A stretch of DNA of 50,782 bases, from the IMG/VR virus record IMGVR_UViG_3300036761_001804, positions 1 through 50,782 of that record, one strand, 5' to 3'. The position numbers and the translations under genes are program-made. Below, piece by piece: positions 17,839-26,322 of the stretch. The DNA is from a virus. Its lineage: Duplodnaviria > Caudoviricetes. Under the pieces are notes generated by a model, which was not told the DNA's origin, made no database searches, and saw only the letters and a list, made by a program, of their open reading frames with translations. How positions within the stretch are numbered: the stretch's first letter is position 1; the number at the start of each line of letters is the position of its first letter.

Positions 17839-18053
17839 TGGGAAACTGCGACTGCTCCTGCCACGTCAACCTGGAAGGGCGTTGCTTCCGCTGCTTCGAG
17901 TGTACCTGCGGCGTGGAGTTCGCTCTGGAGTACCTGACCATGTGGGTCCGTCACCATGCCCCGGGGCTCAAGCGCGTGCGCGAGGCTCGGTACGCGCGCC
18001 TGCGGGAGAGGCTCAACAAGATCAGGGAGTCCTACTTTGGTCCTCTTTCGTAA
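17838..18053 (+). CDS. Small Cys/His-rich protein
   Basis: TGATG coupling; CxCxCH...CxxCxxCxC. Confidence 0.5.
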   Translation: MGNCDCSCHVNLEGRCFRCFECTCGVEFALEYLTMWVRHHAPGLKRVREARYARLRERLNKIRESYFGPLS

Positions 18054-18219
18054 GGCCACGGATTCCCTGGCTTCCTCGTGCAGGGTCTATCTTCTGATCC
18101 GGCACATGTGCCATAATCAGGGGTCATGCCCAAAATGCGAGAAGCGACGCAAGTTCAAATTTCAGATGCGCCTAGCCTCTGTCAAGCGAGGCCGCGCACG
18201 CAACCCGGAGCACGCCTAA

Positions 18220-18513
18220 GTGACTAAGCCCCTGCAAGTGGTAGTTCAGTGGGACGACGCCTGCGATCGCAGTGTCTCGATAGAGTGGGACGGGACGTTC
18301 GAGAAGGCGCATAAAGCCGAGGCAGTGGCCCCGTTGTATCGCAACCGCCAGACCACGGGCTGGCTGATCTACGTGAACGACGACGCCCTGTGGCTCGCGC
18401 ACGACTACGACCAGGACGAACAGGAAGTCCACAACTTCACGGTGATCCCGTTGGGCTGGGTCAACGCGGTGCGTGCGGGGCGTAGAGTGCTCTTTATCCG
18501 TGGGGAATCATGA
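18220..18513 (+). CDS. Conserved small phage protein
   Basis: V.V.W.DA...TTGWL...IP pattern typical of a widespread small beta-rich phage family. Confidence 0.65.
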   Translation: MTKPLQVVVQWDDACDRSVSIEWDGTFEKAHKAEAVAPLYRNRQTTGWLIYVNDDALWLAHDYDQDEQEVHNFTVIPLGWVNAVRAGRRVLFIRGES

Positions 18514-19046
18514 GGCTCTGGCTACGCTGGATGCTCTGGCGGCGGCGCTACTGCGCCTGCGGGGAACGCGCTGCGTTCTACTCCGTGACGCTTACCAAGA
18601 GTTACTGCGCGGTGTGCTTCTACGGGGGTGCTCGTGCTCAGACGTGACGCTGACGGTCCCGGGTGGTTCGTCGCGTGGGACTTCGCCGAGGGCTGGACCA
18701 CGAGCATCCTGTACCACGTCGGCCCGACAGGCATAGTGACGGTCGCGTCGGTTACACGTACAAACGCAGAGACGATACCACATGAGGGCCGCGCACCAGT
18801 TCATGAGCAGGACTGCCCACAGTGCAGGGAGGATCAATGTCTCGACAACGGCTGCGACGCGACGCATACATCACCAACGCCATGTTCGACGGACCAAGAG
18901 CGGCGGTTCGGGCTTCGCGCCTTCGCTTTCCTGCGCAAAGCGTTCTTCGGCGGGTGAAGGTTCTGAGCCGGGTGATCCAGGCAGTGTACGGCGGTCCCTG
19001 GCTGCGCTCTCTTTCAACCACGCGAAAATCCGCCCGGTGAGGCTCG

Positions 19047-19092
19047 TCGGTACACCCCCTTTCAGGGGGTTGTACCGAGCGTACCGTGTACC
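19047..19092. promoter_or_regulatory. Hairpin plus GTACC repeats at the convergence of the two arms (possible bidirectional terminator or protein-binding site)
   Basis: TCGGTACA-CCCCCT-TTC-AGGGGG-T-TGTACCGA inverted repeat, then GTACCGTGTACC. Confidence 0.6.
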
Positions 19093-19280
19093 TACCGCGT
19101 TCGGATCAACTGCCACGAGAACCACGCCTTGTCGTCGGTGCGATTGAGCACCCGCTTGTACGTGATGTTCCCGAACGAGATCCGGTCGGCCCCGCTGCCG
19201 ATCCCGCAGTCGGGCCACGGGCACGGGAGCCCGCCGCCGCCCGCGTCATGCACCTTGCACTTGTCGTCCTTCGTCTCCAC
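19092..19280 (-). CDS. Small hypothetical protein
   Basis: GGAGG RBS before GTG; follows the large internal virion gene. Confidence 0.55.
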   Translation of the reverse strand: METKDDKCKVHDAGGGGLPCPWPDCGIGSGADRISFGNITYKRVLNRTDDKAWFSWQLIRTR

Positions 19281-19281
19281 G

Positions 19282-22200
19282 TTACCTCCGTAGAAGTGGA
19301 ACGTCCGGGTTCTGTCGGTTCGCGATGGCGTCGCGCATCTTCTTCATGATCAGGTCGCGGCGCTCAGGGTGTTGCTGGAGTAGGGTATCGAACTCGCTGC
19401 TCACGCCTGCGGCCTCGGCCGCGCGCTGCTTCTGGTTCGGGGCCTCCACGGTGCTCGGGGTCATACCTACGAACCGCGCCAGCGGGGTCGCCGGGCCTAG
19501 AGCCATAGGCTTGCGCGCCTGCATCCCGCGCTCGTCGAGGCGGAAGGTGCCGGGGTTGTTACGGAGCATGTCGATCATGTCCGCAGTGTCCTTCGCAGAG
19601 CGGCCGTTCTTGACCATCTCTTCGACGGCCTGGTAGGGCCAGAACTGGCGCATGTAGTGCTCGGCCAGGTTCGGGCGATTGTAGTCCTCGACCACGGCCC
19701 CGTTCTCGTCCACGGTGCGCCCGTTGAACGTGGACAGCGGGCCTTGGAATTTCTCGTGCGTGAACAGGTTAGTACCCGTAGCCTGCTCGATGGCGATCTT
19801 CGCGAGCGGGTGCAGACCCGCGATGAACTGTGTCCCCGGGTCGCCCGTAGTCAGGAAGGAGAACGGGTTCGGACCCTTGGTGTTGAGCATGACCAGGGTA
19901 TCGGGCTTCCCGGTGGACCCCAGGGCAACGTGCAGCGGGATGGAATCGCGCATGCTCTCAGGGACCATCGTGTTCCAGTCGAACCCCATGCTCGCGGACG
20001 TGTCCTTGATATCTTGCAACGCGCGTTGTCCAACGGCCCGGGCCAGTTGCGCCTGCAACGGCTTCTCGAACGGGTAGCGAAGCAGCAATTCAGCACTGTG
20101 CCGGTAGAACTTGTAGTACGGGAAGACGTACCGGCCCACGTTGCGATCCAAGGCCGAAGTCCGGTCGTAGTTGTGCATCCAGCGGTTCATCCCGGTGACG
20201 GCCGACTTCAGGCCCTCGTCGGTCATGGCTTCCACGCCCATGCCGCGCAAGCGCGACAGGTTGTCTGCCATGTCCGCCATCGCCGCGCTCCCGTGGAGCA
20301 GGTTCTGCACCGCGCCCATCCCCTTCGGGGTCATCTCGTAGATCGTAGACCCCGCGCGATAGATGCTCTCCATCTCCTGGTTCGCGTGGGACATCAGGGT
20401 CGCCCACTTGCCCACGCCCCGGGCCACGGGGTTCGCGCTCGCGGCCATCTTCCCGCTCAGGTCCGTGACCTTGGCGAACGCCTCGCTGGCGCTCAAGCCG
20501 CCGCTGGCGACGCCGGGAAGGTGGAAGATACCAGCCAGGTTCTTCGACACTTCATCCTGCAAGATCCCGGCGCGACCGAGCAGTGCCCGTCCGGTAGTCG
20601 CGAGTGCCATGAGCCCGCGCGCGGAGAACGGGTGCAGGCCCTGCATCGTGATGAACTCGGTGTTCCCGTACATGTTGTTCATGAGGCGGCCAACCTTCAG
20701 GTTCAAGTTAACCATGTTGAACGGCCCCATGACCGCCTTGTCGCTGAACTGCGCGAGGGGGTTCGTGGTCGGGTCGAAAGACTTCTTGTAGAACGCGAGT
20801 TCGTCGCCGAAGCCCTTCGTGATCTTGTAGACTTCCCCTGCGGCTTCCTTGTTCCACGGGTAGGTCTTCTGTGCGGCCTCGGCCATACCCTGTGCGAGAT
20901 CCCCGAGGTTCACCGCACCGCTAGCAGCCTCGCCTGCGGCAGCCGTCTCATAGAGACGCGAGGCTACGCGGTCGAAGTGCTCTTGCACCATGCCGTCCAG
21001 GTGGAGTGAGGCCGGGTGGAGGATCTGGTGCGTCCCTGCGGCCAGGTCGGCGTCGTGCGCCCCGGTCCAGCCTGCGGGCATACGCTCCACGTAGCCCCAC
21101 CCATTCTTGATGCTCTCTTCGGCCGCGTCACGCGCGACGTTCCCGATGCTCTTGCCATGGATGGCAACCTTGTAGTACCGCGACAGGGCCGCTGCCGGGT
21201 CCAGGTGCTGGAGTTCGCCAGCGCGGAAGCGTGCCCCGAGGTTCTCCGAGTACACGTTCGACTCGCGCAATTTGTCCAGGGTGCCGCTGATCGTGCTCTG
21301 CTCCCGGGTCAGCACTTCCATGCTGTGCGGGATGATGATGCCGCCCTTCGGCCCCATGACTTCCAGTGCCTCGTCCACCGTGGTGGGCATGGCGCGCGGG
21401 AGCATGGAGTTAATCTCCTGGGCATCGAAGGTGTGTTGCTCCATGAGCAGGTTCGCTGCCTTGGTGCGGAACGCCGTCTCCTTCTGAACATCCAGCGCGG
21501 TGCGCGTGGACACGGTAGCCCGGCGAGCCTGGCGCTCGGTGGCCTCGGTGAGCCCGTTGTTGTACGCCGTCTCGGCGGCCTTGGCGTTCGCCGGGTCCAT
21601 GGGGTTGAAATCCGGGTTCGGCGTTCCATCGGGCATGTGCGAGCGGTGCAACAGTGCGGAGTCTCGCGCGTTCGCGGCATACGTCTCGGGGTCGATCCCT
21701 GCCTGCTTCTCGTAGTCCGCTTGCAGGGGCTTCCAGGCTTCGACCCACTTGTCCAGGGCTTCCTGGCGGATGGCCGAGCCGTTCTCCATGGCGCGCTTCT
21801 CGAACTCGCCCCGGTGGGTCAACTCGGTGATGGCTTGCGCCTCGGGGTTCAACTGCACGCGCCCCTCGCCGTAGGCGAACCGGATGGCCTTCTCCGCAGG
21901 CGTGAGCGCGAGCGGGCCAACGCTTCCATCTGGCTGGATGTCCTGCTCAGCGGCCTGCAACTTCGTGTTGAAGTCGTGCATCAGGAAGTCCTGACGGGCC
22001 TTCTCCGTGGCTCCCGCCTCGGCCGTCGCGTCACCGATGCGCAGGCGCGCGAGCGCATCCGGGGCCACCGTCTTCAACGCATACGTGCCCGTCTTCTGGG
22101 CAATCGAGATCGGGTCGATGGCCTTGCCAATCTCCGCAACGGTGCGGAGTTTGTTGGCGAGATTCACCGCACCCGCCATCTCGGCCGCCTTGCCCGCGAC

Positions 22201-22632
22201 GCCGAAAGGCCCCTGGAGAATCGTAGACGCGTCAATCAGGGTGTCGAAGGGGTGATCGTAGGCGTTGCGCGCGAGCATTCCCGGGACGCTCTCGTCGGGC
22301 CTCGGGGTGTACTTGTCGATGATCGGGTCAGCCAGGGTGTGCATCGTGTCGATGGGATGCACGACTGCGCCCGCCACGGCCTCCACGCTCTTGACAGGAT
22401 GGACGACAACCTCGCCCAGGAGCGCCCCCATCCCGCTAGCGAAGCGCCCGACATCGTGCGCGAAGTTCGACGCGAACCCGGTGATACCCTCGGGGGTCGT
22501 CTCGGGGATCTCCGTCTGGAGCACCTGGCGCTTGATGTCTTCGGGAGCCCCGATGTTGAGTCGGGGAGTACCGTAGTCATCAGCCGAAGCGTCGGCTTCC
22601 GGGTCGCCGAGCAAGTCGCGGAAGGCTGACAC
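19282..22632 (-). CDS. Large internal virion (DNA ejection) protein
   Basis: 1116 aa, Ala-rich and helical; terminal position in a podovirus-like late operon. Confidence 0.65.
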   Translation of the reverse strand: MSAFRDLLGDPEADASADDYGTPRLNIGAPEDIKRQVLQTEIPETTPEGITGFASNFAHDVGRFASGMGALLGEVVVHPVKSVEAVAGAVVHPIDTMHTLADPIIDKYTPRPDESVPGMLARNAYDHPFDTLIDASTILQGPFGVAGKAAEMAGAVNLANKLRTVAEIGKAIDPISIAQKTGTYALKTVAPDALARLRIGDATAEAGATEKARQDFLMHDFNTKLQAAEQDIQPDGSVGPLALTPAEKAIRFAYGEGRVQLNPEAQAITELTHRGEFEKRAMENGSAIRQEALDKWVEAWKPLQADYEKQAGIDPETYAANARDSALLHRSHMPDGTPNPDFNPMDPANAKAAETAYNNGLTEATERQARRATVSTRTALDVQKETAFRTKAANLLMEQHTFDAQEINSMLPRAMPTTVDEALEVMGPKGGIIIPHSMEVLTREQSTISGTLDKLRESNVYSENLGARFRAGELQHLDPAAALSRYYKVAIHGKSIGNVARDAAEESIKNGWGYVERMPAGWTGAHDADLAAGTHQILHPASLHLDGMVQEHFDRVASRLYETAAAGEAASGAVNLGDLAQGMAEAAQKTYPWNKEAAGEVYKITKGFGDELAFYKKSFDPTTNPLAQFSDKAVMGPFNMVNLNLKVGRLMNNMYGNTEFITMQGLHPFSARGLMALATTGRALLGRAGILQDEVSKNLAGIFHLPGVASGGLSASEAFAKVTDLSGKMAASANPVARGVGKWATLMSHANQEMESIYRAGSTIYEMTPKGMGAVQNLLHGSAAMADMADNLSRLRGMGVEAMTDEGLKSAVTGMNRWMHNYDRTSALDRNVGRYVFPYYKFYRHSAELLLRYPFEKPLQAQLARAVGQRALQDIKDTSASMGFDWNTMVPESMRDSIPLHVALGSTGKPDTLVMLNTKGPNPFSFLTTGDPGTQFIAGLHPLAKIAIEQATGTNLFTHEKFQGPLSTFNGRTVDENGAVVEDYNRPNLAEHYMRQFWPYQAVEEMVKNGRSAKDTADMIDMLRNNPGTFRLDERGMQARKPMALGPATPLARFVGMTPSTVEAPNQKQRAAEAAGVSSEFDTLLQQHPERRDLIMKKMRDAIANRQNPDVPLLRR

Positions 22633-22635
22633 GGG

Positions 22636-24198
22636 TTACTTGCCCTCGCGTGCTGCGCGTTGGGCGGCCTCTCGCCGCAGGCGGGCCATGCGCGTACCGG
22701 CACCTTCGGGCGTGCGTCCACCCATCCCCGACACCAGGAGTTCCAGTTCATCCTGTAGGCCGCCCGAACCCTCGGGCAGGATATGCGAGCCTTCGCCGCC
22801 GCTCTTGCCCGAGTGCCAGAAGCCACCGCTCGTGGCGGCCTTGACGGCCTCGGGGCTAGAGTCGAACCCGAAGGGCTGGGAGATCGAAGTCTCCTTCGGG
22901 ATCGTGTACGAGAACGCCGTGCGCGCGGGCTTGCCCACTTGATCCGGTCCGGTGACGGTGCTGATCAGATCCTGACTACTCTGCGCGACCTTCTTCCCGG
23001 TGACTTCCTGCGGGCTCGGACCCTGCCCATTGGGGTTGATCAGGCTCGCCGGGCGCGAGGGCATCGGGACGCCCCGGGGCAGGCCCTCGTCTGGGGCACG
23101 CCCGCCAGCACCGCCCGGGTAGGTGATATGCTCGGGGAGCGGGTACGACCACTTCCAGTTCACCGCGTCCGCGATCGTGGCCGGGAGGAACAGGTCGGGG
23201 GTCGTCGCCGCATCGGTGCTCAACTGGCTCTTGGCCTTGCTCGTCAACTGCGCTTCGAGCCTGCGGGCCTCGCTCGGGGTGTGCAGACCTGACTGCTCGT
23301 TCTGGTTGAGCAAGTCCAGGGCCGTGGTGACGCCCCGAGCCCGGGCCACGTCGAAGTAGTTCTTCTCGTTCTGCGCGTAGCCCGCCTCGGCCTGCTTGCT
23401 CGCGGCGTCCTTGGTCTGCATGGACAGTGCCTCTGCGACGGCAAAGGACATCTTGCCCTGCTCGACCAACTTCATGTTCTTCGCCGCAGCGCCCTCGTCG
23501 CCGAGCGTCTTCAGATCCTCCAGCGCCTGCGGCAACCCTTCGGCTACCTTGCGTCCAATGAACTCAGGCGTCTTCGGGCCATACGTAACCTGCTCGCGCG
23601 CGTCCGCGATCTTGCGCGCGACGGCGCGTTCCTCGGGGTCGGTGATTCCGGCCAAGGGATCGTGCGCGTTGCCAGGGTTTGGAGATCCGCCAGGCGCATA
23701 GGGTGCGAGATCCCGCACGCCAGCCATCGGGCCTCCAACATCGCCAGCAGCGCCCGGAAGGTTGGTAAAGTACGGGATGTCCCCGTGCTCCGTCGTCTGC
23801 GTGCCACGGCGAATAGGCTCGGCGCTCGTCGGCCCGCGCCCCGAACTCTTGTCGATGGAATCGAGGATGCGCGTGGCTTCCTCGGGGTGTGCGGCGCTGA
23901 GCAACTTGAACGCGTCGGGGTCGATGAGCGGGCTCCCGGGCATGTCGAGCGCGCGGATCGCCTCGGGGTTCGTGGTCCCGTAAGTGGACTTGTTCTTGGC
24001 ATTCTGGGCTTCTCCCTGTGCGACATCAGCCTGGTACGCCTTCAACGCCATGGACTTCTGGCCCGCTTGCGCGGCCTCGCGCCGAATGTCTTCGGGCGTC
24101 TTCGGGGCTTCCCCTTCCACGGAAGGCCGAACCCGCTGGAGATCGGTTCCCCCGGACTTCTGGAAGTTCATCAGGTCGTCGAACGAGTAGTCAGGCAT
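22636..24198 (-). CDS. Putative internal virion protein
   Basis: Ala/Gly/Pro-rich; adjacent to the large ejection-type gene. Confidence 0.55.
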   Translation of the reverse strand: MPDYSFDDLMNFQKSGGTDLQRVRPSVEGEAPKTPEDIRREAAQAGQKSMALKAYQADVAQGEAQNAKNKSTYGTTNPEAIRALDMPGSPLIDPDAFKLLSAAHPEEATRILDSIDKSSGRGPTSAEPIRRGTQTTEHGDIPYFTNLPGAAGDVGGPMAGVRDLAPYAPGGSPNPGNAHDPLAGITDPEERAVARKIADAREQVTYGPKTPEFIGRKVAEGLPQALEDLKTLGDEGAAAKNMKLVEQGKMSFAVAEALSMQTKDAASKQAEAGYAQNEKNYFDVARARGVTTALDLLNQNEQSGLHTPSEARRLEAQLTSKAKSQLSTDAATTPDLFLPATIADAVNWKWSYPLPEHITYPGGAGGRAPDEGLPRGVPMPSRPASLINPNGQGPSPQEVTGKKVAQSSQDLISTVTGPDQVGKPARTAFSYTIPKETSISQPFGFDSSPEAVKAATSGGFWHSGKSGGEGSHILPEGSGGLQDELELLVSGMGGRTPEGAGTRMARLRREAAQRAAREGK

Positions 24199-24632
24199 CA
24201 CGCATCTCCTACGTACACGGCGATCTCTGCCTTGCGACGCAGGATCTTTCCGGCATTGGCATGGTCATTCCAGCGGCGCATCTCGTCGGGCACCGCGCAA
24301 CAGTGCCCCGCGTTCAACTTGCGCAGGAGCGTGGAGGTACTGAAGTTGCCCCATCCTACGTTGAACACGAAGGACACGAGCGCATCGAACTGCTCTTGCT
24401 TCAACGGGACGGTGACGAGCGTGTTCACGGCACGCTCAGCATCGAAGATGTCATCCATCAGGATGTCCTTCGCATCGTCCCGGGAGAGGATGGCAGTCAG
24501 TAACCCTATTTCTTTCTCCTTGACCAAGTGCCCGTAGCCGATCGTCTCGTGGCCCGTGGTGTCCCGGTACGCCTTGGCGCGAAAGCCCTCCAGGCGTTCG
24601 ATCAACTCCACGAAGCGGTCGCTCACGGTCAT
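24198..24632 (-). CDS. Endolysin, GH24 phage lysozyme
   Basis: E-x8-D-x5-T triad (LEGFRAKAYRDTTGHETIGYGH); QFDALVSFVFNVG; RR.AE. Confidence 0.95.
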   Translation of the reverse strand: MTVSDRFVELIERLEGFRAKAYRDTTGHETIGYGHLVKEKEIGLLTAILSRDDAKDILMDDIFDAERAVNTLVTVPLKQEQFDALVSFVFNVGWGNFSTSTLLRKLNAGHCCAVPDEMRRWNDHANAGKILRRKAEIAVYVGDA

Positions 24633-24635
24633 CGC

Positions 24636-24863
24636 TTACCTCCGAGCCTGCAACAGTCGCCTGTCCGGGTAGAGGAACGGGTCGTCCTGTTCCGGGGCGG
24701 CAGGGGTGGTGTCGGGACAAAGATCTTCGGGGCATCGGTCGTAGCCGAAGGCACCGACACAGGAACAGGTGAGACTGATGTCCCTTCGCGGTTCACGGGC
24801 TATCAGGGTGCAACCCGTCGTAAGTAGCGCGAAGAGCAGCCACACGATTGAGGTATGCTTCAT
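24636..24863 (-). CDS. Lipoprotein, putative o-spanin
   Basis: Lipobox-like LLTTG-C after a hydrophobic stretch; Pro/Cys-rich; in the lysis cluster. Confidence 0.55.
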   Translation of the reverse strand: MKHTSIVWLLFALLTTGCTLIAREPRRDISLTCSCVGAFGYDRCPEDLCPDTTPAAPEQDDPFLYPDRRLLQARR

Positions 24864-25053
24864 GATCCTCCCCGTCCTTGCGCGGAGTGTTCACCACGTT
24901 GGGCCTGTCAGGCTTTGCCGCCGCAGGAGCGGCAGGCTTCTCATCTTCGTGCGCGCGAGTCACCGCAGCCCGGGTGCCTTCGGTGGTCGCGTTCATGGCC
25001 TCGTCCATGGCGGCTTTGCCGCCCTGTGGACCGAAGGCATCCATCATGCCCAC
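24793..25053 (-). CDS. Hypothetical protein
   Basis: ORF in lysis cluster overlapping the lipoprotein gene; no transmembrane segment. Confidence 0.5.
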   Translation of the reverse strand: MGMMDAFGPQGGKAAMDEAMNATTEGTRAAVTRAHEDEKPAAPAAAKPDRPNVVNTPRKDGEDHEAYLNRVAALRATYDGLHPDSP

Positions 25054-25054
25054 G

Positions 25055-25381
25055 TTACGCTCCCGGGCTGGTCGCAGCCTGACTCGCGTGCGCGTTCTCG
25101 ATGATGTAGTTGAGCGCACTGGTGCCCGCTGCGATGCCCTGGGTCATAGCGAACTTGGCGAGTTCAGCGCGCACGGCGTTCATCTTGACGCTACCATCCT
25201 GGCCCACATACTTGACATCGGCGTTCTTGGTGAGTACCCCGGCCTTGGCCATGAGCACGTTGAATCCTACGGTACCGACTTCGACGGCGATGTTCGTCGC
25301 AGCCTGGACGAGGGTGGCCTGGACCGCAGGCGAGAACTTCGCGAACAGTCCACTGAAGAATGCTTTGATCTTGGCGAACAC
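25055..25381 (-). CDS. Holin-like protein (LL-H-type-like)
   Basis: AAGGAG RBS; K...V......GI......LN..IE.A pattern; lysis context. Confidence 0.5.
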   Translation of the reverse strand: MFAKIKAFFSGLFAKFSPAVQATLVQAATNIAVEVGTVGFNVLMAKAGVLTKNADVKYVGQDGSVKMNAVRAELAKFAMTQGIAAGTSALNYIIENAHASQAATSPGA

Positions 25382-25390
25382 GTTGTCTCC

Positions 25391-25681
25391 TTACTTGGTT
25401 TGGGTCGTGACCGTGATGGCCGTGGCAGCGTTGGTGGCGTCGATCAGGGCTTGCTTCTTGCCCGCGTCGCCGAGGATCTTGTACCCGAGCACGAAGCCCG
25501 CCCAGGCTACGCCTGCTTGGACTTCATCGAAGTGCCCGCTGGCGACCATGTTCGCCACGATGCACAGGCTCCCGAGGATGCTCGTGAACCCGGCGATGTG
25601 GCTCCGCTGGCCTGAGACAAATTTCTGCGCAACGATGTGGTTGAAGACGAAAGCCACGAATTTCATGATTCCTGCGTTCAC
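25391..25681 (-). CDS. Putative holin / membrane protein
   Basis: AAGGAGG RBS; about two hydrophobic segments. Confidence 0.55.
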   Translation of the reverse strand: MNAGIMKFVAFVFNHIVAQKFVSGQRSHIAGFTSILGSLCIVANMVASGHFDEVQAGVAWAGFVLGYKILGDAGKKQALIDATNAATAITVTTQTK

Positions 25682-25719
25682 ACTGACACCTCCTTAGTTG
25701 AAAACATGGTTCTATTCTA

Positions 25720-25965
25720 TCACCGATTTGCCTGGTTTGGCAAGTTTGTTCCCAGCGTCCCTTCGATCCGTTCTAGGGCTCCACCAACGCGGTCCAATTT
25801 CGTGTCAATCCGATCCAGAGCCTTGTCTTCGTAGAGATTGGCCGCTTCGACAGTGGTCAATCTATGCTCATTTGCCACCGTGCGATTCAAACTCGCTGTG
25901 GCAATCCCGGCGATAATCGTGAGCGCCACAGGAATGAGGATACGAACCCAAGTATGGGTGGTCAT
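25720..25965 (-). CDS. N-terminal TM plus coiled-coil protein (holin/XhlA- or i-spanin-like)
   Basis: ILIPVALTIIAGIATA followed by heptad-like LDRIDTKLDRV. Confidence 0.55.
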   Translation of the reverse strand: MTTHTWVRILIPVALTIIAGIATASLNRTVANEHRLTTVEAANLYEDKALDRIDTKLDRVGGALERIEGTLGTNLPNQANR

Positions 25966-26312
25966 GGCGTCACCGTAGCAGTTGGCGTCGATACAGCCAA
26001 CACCGTTGGAGTCGCGGCTGGCGTAGGAACTCCCTCTATTTGTGCCCCAAGAGAATCGAGTTGCCCGAGCAACGCAAGCGTCGCGTTCTTCTGAGCAGTG
26101 GTAAGCCGATTTGTAACATTAGGAGCGAATACACGAATCACACTTCCAGCGGCATCGACGGTAGAGCACTTAGGCGCATAGACTCGGAGATCACCATCGG
26201 TGATGGTGGCCACGAGTGTGGCATTGCAAATCACGGAAGTTTCCGTGAACACTTTCCCCCACGCAACGGTTGCGGAAAGAAAGATACCCAAAAGTACGAG
26301 ACCTTGTTTCAT
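25962..26312 (-). CDS. Secreted protein with Thr/Pro tail
   Basis: Signal peptide MKQGLVLLGIFLSATVAWG; GGAG RBS; C-terminal PTPAATPT...TPTATVTP. Confidence 0.7.
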   Translation of the reverse strand: MKQGLVLLGIFLSATVAWGKVFTETSVICNATLVATITDGDLRVYAPKCSTVDAAGSVIRVFAPNVTNRLTTAQKNATLALLGQLDSLGAQIEGVPTPAATPTVLAVSTPTATVTP

Positions 26313-26322
26313 CACGAGACTC

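Noticed and set aside
19657-22629. Long + strand ORFs opposite late genes
   Set aside because: Typical high-GC antisense shadow ORFs with no motifs; the - strand gene has coherent operon context.
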